A model generated the notes under the pieces. That model saw only the letters and a program-made list of their open reading frames with translations, did not search any database and was not told the DNA's origin. A program made the position numbers and the translations under genes. From the NCBI GenBank assembly GCA_024639325.1, contig JAHEIO010000009.1, positions 14 through 64,013 on the forward strand: a stretch of 64,000 nt of DNA. The letters run 5' to 3'. How positions within the stretch are numbered: position 1 is the first letter of the stretch; the number at the start of each line of letters is the position of its first letter. Shown here one piece after another: positions 45,325-53,743 of the stretch. The DNA is from Gammaproteobacteria bacterium (GTDB lineage Bacteria > Pseudomonadota > Gammaproteobacteria > Arenicellales > JAANXG01).

Positions 45325-45609
45325 ATGTCGAATCAGGCTATCGGAATGATCGAGACCCGCGGCTACGTTCCGGCGCTGGCCAGCGCCGACGCGATGGTCA
45401 AAGCAGCCAATGTCGAAATCGTATCACGCAATGAAGTCGGAGGCGGACTGGTATCCGTAGTGATCAAGGGCGACGTCGGTGCCGTCAAGGCGGCGACGGA
45501 AGCCGGCTCCGAGGCGGCTAATCAGGTTGGCGAAGTGGTCGCAGTACACGTTATTCCCAGGCCCCACCAGGACCTGAACCAGCATTTCAGTCTGGCGGCC
45601 GGCAAGTGA
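45325..45609 (+). CDS. BMC-H hexameric shell protein (PduA/EutM/CcmK-like)
   Basis: 94 aa. Canonical AIGMIETRGYVPALASADAMVKAANVEIV...GGGLVSVVIKGDVGAVKAATEAG..A. AGGAG RBS. Confidence 0.95.
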   Translation: MSNQAIGMIETRGYVPALASADAMVKAANVEIVSRNEVGGGLVSVVIKGDVGAVKAATEAGSEAANQVGEVVAVHVIPRPHQDLNQHFSLAAGK

Positions 45610-45642
45610 CGCCGGGTTGGGTCGGGAGAGGCGAGTGCTGAC

Positions 45643-46272
45643 ATGACCGAGTTGAGGGTCTATCTGCCAATCCACGATCTGCAATCCCAGTTCTCCGCTT
45701 ATCTGAGCACGCCGATGCGGGCCAGGGGATATCCGCCTTTCGAAGGACAGCACAGTCTTATCATCGAGGTGTCTCCGGCGCTCGCCATACACCGAATATC
45801 AGACCTCGCCCTGAAGGCGGCGCCCGATATGGAACCGGGCATTCTGTTCACTGAAAGACAGTACGGATTGCTGGAACTGCATTCTTCGGATCGGGATGAG
45901 CTGGATGCGGCGGGCAAGGCGATCCTCAAGGGTATAGGCGCAATTGCAGGAGACCAGCTCGCGCCCGCCATCCTGTTCGAAGACATCATCGAGAATTTAT
46001 CGGACCAGCACGCAATCATTTTGAACCGCTCCCGCTCTGCCTCCATGCTGGTCCCGGGCTCGTCGCTGCTTCTTTACGAAATGAGCCCCGCGCTGTTCGC
46101 CTGTGTCGCCGCCAACGAAGCGGAACGCGCCGCGCCTGCAGCGATCCTCAACGACGTTCAGATGATGGGGGTGTCGGGTCGCATCTTCATGTCCGGCGAT
46201 ACCGGTGACCTGACCAGGGCGCGGGATGCCATTACGCGGACGCTGAAAGCGGTCAAGGGGCGCAAGAAATGA
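45643..46272 (+). CDS. tandem BMC-domain shell protein (BMC-T type) 2, paralog of 43964..44575
   Basis: 209 aa. It shares MxELR...I..LQ.Q..AY..T.MR, IIEVSPAL, ERQYGLLELHS, DQHAIILNR and NEAER with BMC-T 1. 13 of the first 27 residues are identical by hand alignment. Confidence 0.8.
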   Translation: MTELRVYLPIHDLQSQFSAYLSTPMRARGYPPFEGQHSLIIEVSPALAIHRISDLALKAAPDMEPGILFTERQYGLLELHSSDRDELDAAGKAILKGIGAIAGDQLAPAILFEDIIENLSDQHAIILNRSRSASMLVPGSSLLLYEMSPALFACVAANEAERAAPAAILNDVQMMGVSGRIFMSGDTGDLTRARDAITRTLKAVKGRKK

Positions 46273-46943
46273 GCAACTGGAAAAACGCTTACAGGTCATT
46301 TTATTACGCGAACGCCGACGAGCCGGAAGACCCGGTTCTGGCGCCGCGCGAGACCGCGCTGCTGGTGATCGATATTCAGAATACCTACATGGAGGTGCCC
46401 GGCGATGCCGCCGAGGCAGCACGATGGGGCCCGTTTTTTTCCAGGATGCACGAAACGGTTATTCCCAATACGGCTGCGTTGATCGAATTGTGCAGAGCAA
46501 GGAACATCGAGGTCATCTTCGCGCGCATTGCTTGCCTTACGGAAGACGGCCGGGATCGGTCTCTGAGCCAGAAGAAACCCGGCTTCAATTACCTGTTGCT
46601 GCCGAAGGACCGCGAGGACAGCCAGCTTGTGCCCCAACTACAGCCCAAAGGCGACGAGATAGTCATGCTGAAGACCACGGACAGCGCTTTGACAGGTTCG
46701 AACCTGCGGTTGATCCTGAACAACATGGGCATTCGAAACGTCGTCTTGGCGGGTATTTTTACGGATCAATGCGTCAGCAGCACAGTGCGCAGTCTCGCTG
46801 ACGAAAGCTTCAACGTACTGGTGGTCGACGACTGCTGCGCCGCGGCGACAATGGAACTGCACGACCACGAACTGGAAATCATAAATATGATCTACTGTCA
46901 CGTGGTTCAGTCCGAGGATATCCGGTCTTTCATCCGTAATTGA
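46269..46943 (+). CDS. isochorismatase-family cysteine hydrolase
   Basis: 224 aa. Candidate triad elements are LLVIDIQN (Asp), LKTTDSA (Lys) and FTDQCVSST (Cys). ATGA overlap with the BMC-T 2 stop. Confidence 0.85.
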   Translation: MSNWKNAYRSFYYANADEPEDPVLAPRETALLVIDIQNTYMEVPGDAAEAARWGPFFSRMHETVIPNTAALIELCRARNIEVIFARIACLTEDGRDRSLSQKKPGFNYLLLPKDREDSQLVPQLQPKGDEIVMLKTTDSALTGSNLRLILNNMGIRNVVLAGIFTDQCVSSTVRSLADESFNVLVVDDCCAAATMELHDHELEIINMIYCHVVQSEDIRSFIRN

Positions 46944-46981
46944 TGGCAAAAGCTGAAAAGATCCGTTAAAACCATGCCGGC

Positions 46982-48181
46982 ATGCCACGCGCGGAAGCAA
47001 AAATCATCGGCCTTGTCAGCACGGGACATTTTTTCAGCCATTTCTACCTGCTGCTGCTGCCGCCGCTGTTCCCCATTTTGCGCGACTATTATGGCGTCGG
47101 TTTTACCGAACTCGGTTTTGCACTGACCGCCTACAGTATCGCGACGGCCTGTACCCAGGTCCCTGCCGGATATATCGTAGACCGCCATGGTGCACGAAGG
47201 CTGTTGATCGCCGGACTGCTGCTCGAATCTTTCGCCATCGCCGGCATCGGTTTGTTCAATACGTTCAACGCGTTCATCGTGATGCTGGTGGTCGCCGGGG
47301 TAGCCAATTCCGTGTACCACCCCGCCGACTATTCGATACTGAACCGGGCGGTGAATAAATCGCGCATGGGCCGCGCATTTTCAATACATACGTTCGCCGG
47401 GTACCTTGGTGAAGCCGTCGCTCCAGTTACGATCCTTGCCCTCATGGTTTGGGTGGACTGGCACACGGCTCTGATCGTGTGCGGCATCGGAGGTGGTATC
47501 GCCGCCGTATTCCTGGCGTTCAATTCCCCTTTGCTGGACGCCGCGCCGAATCCCGATGAATGTCCTCAGGCCGGCGCGAACGGTGGAGGTCTGCGCTTGC
47601 TGATATCCCTGCCCATCGTCATGGGGCTGCTTTTTTTCATAGGCATATCCATCACCGGCCGCGGCATCACCGGTTTTGGCGTCAGCGCAATGACCGAACT
47701 CCACGCGATTTCCCTGGCCAGTGCGGGTGCCCTGTTGTCCTGCTACCTGTTCGCCATGCCCGTGGGTGTGTTGGTGGGAGGCTGGGTCGCGGACAGTACA
47801 TCGCAGCACGGCCGCATGGCGGCCGTATGCTTCAGCGTGGTTTGTTTTGTCATGTTCGCCGTTGCCGCATTGCCGCTGCCGCCGACAGTCATAGGGATGC
47901 TGTTCGGAATTGCCGGTTTGTTTTCCGGAATGGTGGCGCCGTCGCGTGACATGCTGATACGTTCCATTACGCCGCCCAAAGAAACCGGCAAGGTGTTTGC
48001 ATTTGTCTCCACCGGGTATAACATCGGCGGCATTCTGGGGCCTCCGTTGTTCGGGTATTTGCTCGATCACTACTCGCCCCGGTCACTGTTCTGGGTGGTC
48101 GGTGTGGCGGCCCTGATGACGATGCTGACCGTGATGTTTGCCGCCGGGCGGCACATACGTCCCGCGGCGGCGAATGGATGA
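46982..48181 (+). CDS. MFS transporter
   Basis: 399 aa with about 12 TM segments and an MFS loop GYIVDRHGARRLL. Confidence 0.85.
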   Translation: MPRAEAKIIGLVSTGHFFSHFYLLLLPPLFPILRDYYGVGFTELGFALTAYSIATACTQVPAGYIVDRHGARRLLIAGLLLESFAIAGIGLFNTFNAFIVMLVVAGVANSVYHPADYSILNRAVNKSRMGRAFSIHTFAGYLGEAVAPVTILALMVWVDWHTALIVCGIGGGIAAVFLAFNSPLLDAAPNPDECPQAGANGGGLRLLISLPIVMGLLFFIGISITGRGITGFGVSAMTELHAISLASAGALLSCYLFAMPVGVLVGGWVADSTSQHGRMAAVCFSVVCFVMFAVAALPLPPTVIGMLFGIAGLFSGMVAPSRDMLIRSITPPKETGKVFAFVSTGYNIGGILGPPLFGYLLDHYSPRSLFWVVGVAALMTMLTVMFAAGRHIRPAAANG

Positions 48182-48188
48182 AAAACGA

Positions 48189-49628
48189 ATGAGTTTGAGA
48201 AGAATAGGCCGAATCGTACTGCTGAGTGTATTCACTGCCCTGGTGGTTGGGGGCTGCGCAACCAACCCGGTGACCGGAAAGCAGAATTTCGTCCTCATGA
48301 GTGAGGATCAGGAGATCGATCTGGGAAAGCAGTATCACGGGCAGGTCATGAAGCAGTACAAAGAGTACCGCGACCCGGAGCTGACCGCGCTGGTGAACAA
48401 GCTGGGTGGGGAGCTTGCCGCAAACAGCCATCGCGGTGATCTAAATTTTCATTTCACCGTGCTGGACAGCCCCGAGGTCAACGCGTTTGCGCTCCCCGGC
48501 GGATATATCTATATCACGCGTGGCATCGTTGCCTACATGAACAGTGAGGAAGAGCTGGCCGGAGTGCTCGGCCATGAGATCGGGCATGTAACGGCCCGGC
48601 ACAGCGTTCGGCAGCACGCCGCTTCCACAACCGCCGGGCTGCTCGGTGCGGTTGCCACTGTCGCCACCGGCAGCCAGGGGGTCGGGCAGTTGTCCGGCCA
48701 GCTGGGCGGCGCGCTGGTAAGCGGGTATGGTCGCGGCCACGAGCTGGAGGCGGACCGTCTCGGCGCCGAGTACCTGGCCCGCACCGGATATGATCCCGAT
48801 ATGATGCTGGAGGTCGTGGGCATACTCAAAGACCAGGAAGAATTCGAGATCCAGCGGGCAAAGGAGGAGGGGCGCCCGCCCCGTATCTATCACGGTGTGT
48901 TTGCCAGCCACCCCCGAAATGACCAGCGGCTCCAGGAAGTCGTCAAGGCGGCAGAAAAATACAGTAACCCGCAGGCCAAACGAACGGATCCCGATACGTT
49001 CATCACCATGCTCGAAGGCGTTACCTTCGGTGACAGCGAAGAGCAGGGCATCGTTCGGGGGAATCGCTTCTATCACCTCCCCCTGGACTTCCGCATCGAG
49101 TTTCCGTCCGGTTGGCGAATACAGAACACTCAGGATCAACTCCTTGCGGTCAAACCGGATGATAGCGCCGTATTCCTGGTAATACTCGACAGCCGGGCCG
49201 GGCGCGAGTCAGCCGGGGCGTATCTGCGGCGAAATTTCGACAACCTGAGACAGGGTAAGGTGCTCGATGCGGACAGTTATGCGGGCCTGATACAGGGCAA
49301 GAGTCCCTTCGGCACCGGCACCATCAGGGTGGCTGCCCGCCTCCACGACGCCAACGTGTTCGTGGTACAAGGTGCAGCGAGGGGGAGTATCCCGGAAGAT
49401 GCGTTCTTCGATACGGTGAGGAGCATCCGCCGCCTCGATTCTTCGGAACGCGCGCTCGCAGTGGAAAAGCGGATCAAGGTGATTCGGGTCCGGGCCGGAG
49501 ACACATTTGCATCGCTGGCCAGGCGAAGCGACCTTGGGGTATACGCAGAAGCACAGCTTCGCCTGATGAATGGCATGTATCCTGACGGTCAACCGCGGGC
49601 GGGGCAACTTATCAAGATTGTGCAGTAG
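48189..49628 (+). CDS. M48 family metalloprotease lipoprotein with C-terminal LysM domain
   Basis: Start ATG 48189 (MSLRRIGRIVLLSVFTALVVGGC, lipobox). Zinc motif HEIGHV. C-terminal LysM-like IRVRAGDTFASLARR...GQLIKIV. Confidence 0.85.
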   Translation: MSLRRIGRIVLLSVFTALVVGGCATNPVTGKQNFVLMSEDQEIDLGKQYHGQVMKQYKEYRDPELTALVNKLGGELAANSHRGDLNFHFTVLDSPEVNAFALPGGYIYITRGIVAYMNSEEELAGVLGHEIGHVTARHSVRQHAASTTAGLLGAVATVATGSQGVGQLSGQLGGALVSGYGRGHELEADRLGAEYLARTGYDPDMMLEVVGILKDQEEFEIQRAKEEGRPPRIYHGVFASHPRNDQRLQEVVKAAEKYSNPQAKRTDPDTFITMLEGVTFGDSEEQGIVRGNRFYHLPLDFRIEFPSGWRIQNTQDQLLAVKPDDSAVFLVILDSRAGRESAGAYLRRNFDNLRQGKVLDADSYAGLIQGKSPFGTGTIRVAARLHDANVFVVQGAARGSIPEDAFFDTVRSIRRLDSSERALAVEKRIKVIRVRAGDTFASLARRSDLGVYAEAQLRLMNGMYPDGQPRAGQLIKIVQ

Positions 49629-49803
49629 GAATCGCGCCTAACTCCTTCAAACAAAAGGCAGATTATACATCTAAGTGTGCTATTATTCTTGTATATACCG
49701 GCAACTTGGGGTACACCTGAGATAGTGAGAATCTGGAAGGACCACTCAAAAATCAAGAAATTCTATTCCAGGTACCCGTTGAACCTTGTGGGGTGAATAC
49801 GAT

Positions 49804-52800
49804 ATGACAACCCGGGCGTGGGGTTGTTTTGGCTTGGTCAAGTGCGGCTCGCGCCTCGTGGGCCTTTTGGCCTTGGCGTCTACGGGCCCTGCGTTCGGCC
49901 TGGGTTTGGGCGAAATGCGCGTGCAATCGGGCCTCGGTGAGCCCCTTGTAGCGGAAATCGAGTTATCGACGGCTTCAGCCATTGAGCTTTCGACACTCGA
50001 AGTGACGCTCGGAGCGGAGGATGTGTTCAATAACGCCGGTGTGATCCGTCACCAGTTCCTGACACAACTCGAATTCGAAGTGATCGAATCCACGCCACCC
50101 GTGATCAGGGTCACGTCGGTTCAGCCCATAAGCGAACCGTTCCTTCATATCATCATTCGAACCCGTTGGGAATTCGGCATGCTGCTGAGTGAGTACACTG
50201 CGCTGCTGGACCCGCCGTTGTATGCGCAGCAGCAGCCGGGCTCGATAAGCACGCCCGTTGTTCTCGAAGAACCGGATACGGGCCAGGCCGTCGAGCCGGC
50301 TTCGATCCCGCAAGCGGAGGTGTCTGGGATGCCGGCTGGCAGTTTTCAGTACGGTCCAGTGGCTCCCGGCGACAATCTTTGGGGTATCGCATCGCTAGTC
50401 GACACCGCCGGCCTCGATGCCAACATATTCCAGGTGATGATCGCTCTGTTGAGACAAAACCCGGATGCTTTCATAGACAATAACATCAACCAACTGAAAA
50501 GCGGCGAAACGCTAACGCTGGAGGACTACCAATCGATCCTGCTGATCTCGAAGGCGGAGGCCGGCAGGTCTTACAAGGCCCAGATCGAACGGTGGCAAGG
50601 GGCGGGGCCGAGCACCGTGATCGCTGCGCGGCCTGACGCGGCGCCGCCGCGGTCTGGACTGGTTCAGGCGCAAGCAGAAGCCCCGGCCGAGACCGCGACA
50701 CCGGAGGTGGTGGAAGTCGAGCCTTCGATGGAACAAGGCGCGGCAGGGGCCGCGGACCAGGACGCCGCGGATATGCAAGCCAAAGCGCAACCAACCGACC
50801 CGGATAAATACGTATTCAAGATCACACCTCCGGCATCCGACGCGGCGGGCGATGCATCCGAGGTAGCGGGCGAAGTGGATATGGAGGTCGCAGCCATGAG
50901 GGCGGCAATTGACAGGGAGATCGCCGCTTTGCGACAGCAGGTCGTGAAGCTCGAAAACGAGCAGCGGGTATCGAAAGCCCTTTCCACTAAAGAAGGTGAC
51001 ATAGAATCGATAAAAGCGGAGGCTGAAAAGGAAATAACCACGCTCAGGGAACAGATTGGCTTCCTCAAACAGGCTGGGGCTGACCAGGAAATACTGGCGT
51101 TGCGCGGACAGCTCGCCGCCCTCAGGCGGCAGGAAACGATGACGAAAGAGGCTTCCAGCGCTTCCGCCGCGTTGGCGGAAGCTGAGCAGGAAATCCGCGA
51201 ATTGCGTGCGCAGGTTGCGGCTCTGGCAAAAAGCGACTCCGCCGAGGCAGTGCCGGGGCAGAAGGACTTCAGCGACCTGAGCGATCAGGTAGATGTTTCG
51301 CAATCACCCGCGGTTGCGGCAACTGCTTCGCCCAATGTCAAAGTTGAAATCGACTCGATCAGAGCGGGAGCGAACCAGCAGATTACCGCCATGCGTGAAC
51401 AGATGGAGGCCATGCGCGCGGAAATGGGACAGCTTCTGGCCGCCCAGAAGCTTCGCGACGCGCAAAACACGGAACTCGAGAAGCGGATCGCGTCCCTGGC
51501 GGGCATGCTCGAAGGCAGGGTCGAATCGAGTACGCTTGCATCGTTGACTGCATCCGGGAACGGCAGCTCGAGCGCCCAGACGAAATCGCGCGCAGCGGCA
51601 GGTTCAGACAGTGACGGTAAATCCGTTTGGGAAAAGTGGTTCGACAAGCTGCCTGAAGACGACGAGTCCCGTATCGCGCTCGCCGCCGGGATTCTGCTGA
51701 TCTTGCTGTTGCTCTGGCTGCTCATTCGTCGGCATAGGGCCTTGATGAGAATGGAACAGAGCATTTTGATGGCTAGCGGAAACATGGATGAAGCAGCCAG
51801 CCAGTTATCGGAGTTCAAATCGAAAAAGCCCCGTTACCTGAGCGATCTGAGCATCGCCGGAATGGGAAGGATGGAAGCGGCCGAGGTCGACCCGTTGGCC
51901 GAAGCCGAGGTGTATCTGGCGTATGGACGAGCCGCGCAGGCGTTAGAGGTGCTAAAGGAAGCGTCTAGCCGGAATCCGGATCGCGAGGAGCTGAAGCTGA
52001 AGCTTCTGGAGGTCTATCAACACCAGGGCGATGTCGACTCCTTCGACGATCTCGTAGCGGAGATGGATCTAAGAGAGGAAGACATGGACCAGGCGACATG
52101 GAGCAAGGTTGTCGAGTTGAAGCTCAAAATGCAGGAGAAAACCCCCTCGCAAACGCCTGAACTGGATGAGCAAAACGACTCGCAGGAAAGCGAATCCACA
52201 CCAAGCGAATCCACACCAAGCGAATCCACACCAAGCGAATCCGCGGACCGGGAACTGCCGCTCGACGAAAGTATTGAAAAGCAGAATTCGCAAGAAAAAA
52301 TATCGGCTTCCGAATTACCTCGAGACGTACTCGCAAAAGCGTCCGTTCCCGTCGATCCAGCGCTGCGACCGTTTCCCGAGCCGGATGAGAATGCGCGTGT
52401 CGGTGAAGAAGTTTTGGGTACGCTCGGGCGGGCCGATGAGTCCGGCAGCGGTTCGCGTTCCGAAACCATACCTCCGGGCGCAAGCTCGGACGATTCGGAC
52501 ATGATGAACTTCGCTACCTCGGAATCCTCGGAGTTGGATTTCGATCTGGAGTCGGATCTGGAAAAGCCGCTCGACCCCGAGTCCGATTCCGCCGCTCCGG
52601 CTGCAGCCGATGAATCGAAGCAAACTTTCACTCTGGAATCCAGCGACACGGAGGAAGAGGGCGGCGATTTGAACGAAGTGTTGATCAAGACCGAACTTGC
52701 CGAGGCATATATGAATATGGGCGACAGGGATGAGGCGCTTCGTATACTCAGAGAGATCGTCGAAGTCGCAAACCCGGATGAGAAAATGCAGATTAACGAG

Positions 52801-52824
52801 TTGATGAAGCGCGCTAATCAATAA
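49804..52824 (+). CDS. fimV: FimV/HubP-family polar landmark protein
   Basis: N-terminal GLGLGEMRVQSGLGEPLVAEIEL, LysM (GDNLWGIA...LKSGETLTL), long acidic coiled-coil, one TM (IALAAGILLILLLLWLLIRRHR) and TPR-like repeats. The conserved FimV C-terminal motif is IKTELAEAYMNMGDRDEALRILREIV. ATG 49804 is preferred to TTG 49786. Confidence 0.85.
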   Translation: MTTRAWGCFGLVKCGSRLVGLLALASTGPAFGLGLGEMRVQSGLGEPLVAEIELSTASAIELSTLEVTLGAEDVFNNAGVIRHQFLTQLEFEVIESTPPVIRVTSVQPISEPFLHIIIRTRWEFGMLLSEYTALLDPPLYAQQQPGSISTPVVLEEPDTGQAVEPASIPQAEVSGMPAGSFQYGPVAPGDNLWGIASLVDTAGLDANIFQVMIALLRQNPDAFIDNNINQLKSGETLTLEDYQSILLISKAEAGRSYKAQIERWQGAGPSTVIAARPDAAPPRSGLVQAQAEAPAETATPEVVEVEPSMEQGAAGAADQDAADMQAKAQPTDPDKYVFKITPPASDAAGDASEVAGEVDMEVAAMRAAIDREIAALRQQVVKLENEQRVSKALSTKEGDIESIKAEAEKEITTLREQIGFLKQAGADQEILALRGQLAALRRQETMTKEASSASAALAEAEQEIRELRAQVAALAKSDSAEAVPGQKDFSDLSDQVDVSQSPAVAATASPNVKVEIDSIRAGANQQITAMREQMEAMRAEMGQLLAAQKLRDAQNTELEKRIASLAGMLEGRVESSTLASLTASGNGSSSAQTKSRAAAGSDSDGKSVWEKWFDKLPEDDESRIALAAGILLILLLLWLLIRRHRALMRMEQSILMASGNMDEAASQLSEFKSKKPRYLSDLSIAGMGRMEAAEVDPLAEAEVYLAYGRAAQALEVLKEASSRNPDREELKLKLLEVYQHQGDVDSFDDLVAEMDLREEDMDQATWSKVVELKLKMQEKTPSQTPELDEQNDSQESESTPSESTPSESTPSESADRELPLDESIEKQNSQEKISASELPRDVLAKASVPVDPALRPFPEPDENARVGEEVLGTLGRADESGSGSRSETIPPGASSDDSDMMNFATSESSELDFDLESDLEKPLDPESDSAAPAAADESKQTFTLESSDTEEEGGDLNEVLIKTELAEAYMNMGDRDEALRILREIVEVANPDEKMQINELMKRANQ
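52189..52242 (+). repeat. 15-bp tandem repeat x3.6 inside fimV
   Basis: agcgaatccacacca x3 (52189-52233) plus a partial agcgaatcc. It encodes SESTPSESTPSESTPSES. Confidence 0.95.
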
Positions 52825-52854
52825 GACTTACCCGTTCGCGGGAACCGGGGTTTT

Positions 52855-53574
52855 TTATTGCCGGTGCACGCGAAAAAATTCTGCAGCCCAGTCCGCAATC
52901 AGTTTGCTGTCGGCCTGCTGCGCCAGGGATCTGCGTGCAGCCTCGGTGCGATCCACGGGAAATAGGACGCCGCCACGCAGATCGAGCAAATCGATCATGT
53001 ACTCCTCGCTGAACTCGGGGTGAAACTGAACGGTCAGCACGATGTCGTCGTAACGCACGGCACCAATCGGGCAAAACTCGTTGCCACCGATGATTTTCGC
53101 GGTGTCCGGCACGGCAATCACCTGGTCCTGGTGCATGACCATGACGGGGACCTGTCTTCCGGCGTCGTTGGTTCCGAGTCGCATGTGGTAGGTGTGTACT
53201 CCTATCCCCCATCCCTGATCAGATTTCAACGCTTTCCCTCCCAACGCCTCGGCGGCGATCTGATGGCCGAAACAGATGCCGAACTGGGGTTTGCCGGCAG
53301 CGGTGGCGCGACGAATGAAATCCTCGAGGGGCTCGATCCAGTGCAGCTCATCGTATACACCATGCCGCGATCCCGAGTAGATGTAGCCGTCGAATGCCTG
53401 GACGGGGGGCAACACCTCGCCCGTGACGGGCGACACGCCGGTAAATACGGCCTCCGGCATGAAAGGCGATAGCCACTGTGCAATCATTTTGGGGTAGTAG
53501 GGATATTTTTCGTTGAGCTCCTCGGGTATTTCACCAAGTTCGAAGACCGCGATTTTCATTGGCTTATTGTTCAT
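52855..53574 (-). CDS. class I (type 1) glutamine amidotransferase-like protein
   Basis: 239 aa. GICFGHQ nucleophile-elbow motif and a downstream QFHPEF. Confidence 0.85.
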   Translation of the reverse strand: MNNKPMKIAVFELGEIPEELNEKYPYYPKMIAQWLSPFMPEAVFTGVSPVTGEVLPPVQAFDGYIYSGSRHGVYDELHWIEPLEDFIRRATAAGKPQFGICFGHQIAAEALGGKALKSDQGWGIGVHTYHMRLGTNDAGRQVPVMVMHQDQVIAVPDTAKIIGGNEFCPIGAVRYDDIVLTVQFHPEFSEEYMIDLLDLRGGVLFPVDRTEAARRSLAQQADSKLIADWAAEFFRVHRQ

Positions 53575-53743
53575 TCTTGCCTGACTAGAACGCTTTGACG
53601 ATCAGATCATTCAGCTCCCGGAATGCGAACGAAGCCGCCGCGTTCACGATCGCGAGCTTGTCAGGCATCGATCGGAGGGAATCGTCGAGCAATGCGGACT
53701 AGGGACGACGACACGAATCGGTTGTTTCTATCCCTAAGGTTCT

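Noticed and set aside
33729-48181. Calling the BMC locus Eut, Pdu, glycyl-radical or carboxysomal.
   Set aside because: No EutBC, PduCDE, glycyl-radical enzyme/activase, RuBisCO or carbonic anhydrase ORFs are present. The kinase + class-III PLP enzyme + SDR set points to the amino-alcohol (RMM-like) type instead.
52825-52856. Rho-independent terminator after fimV (cccgttcgcggg...ccgggg followed by T6).
   Set aside because: Only a 4-bp stem can be drawn next to the T run, which is too weak to annotate.
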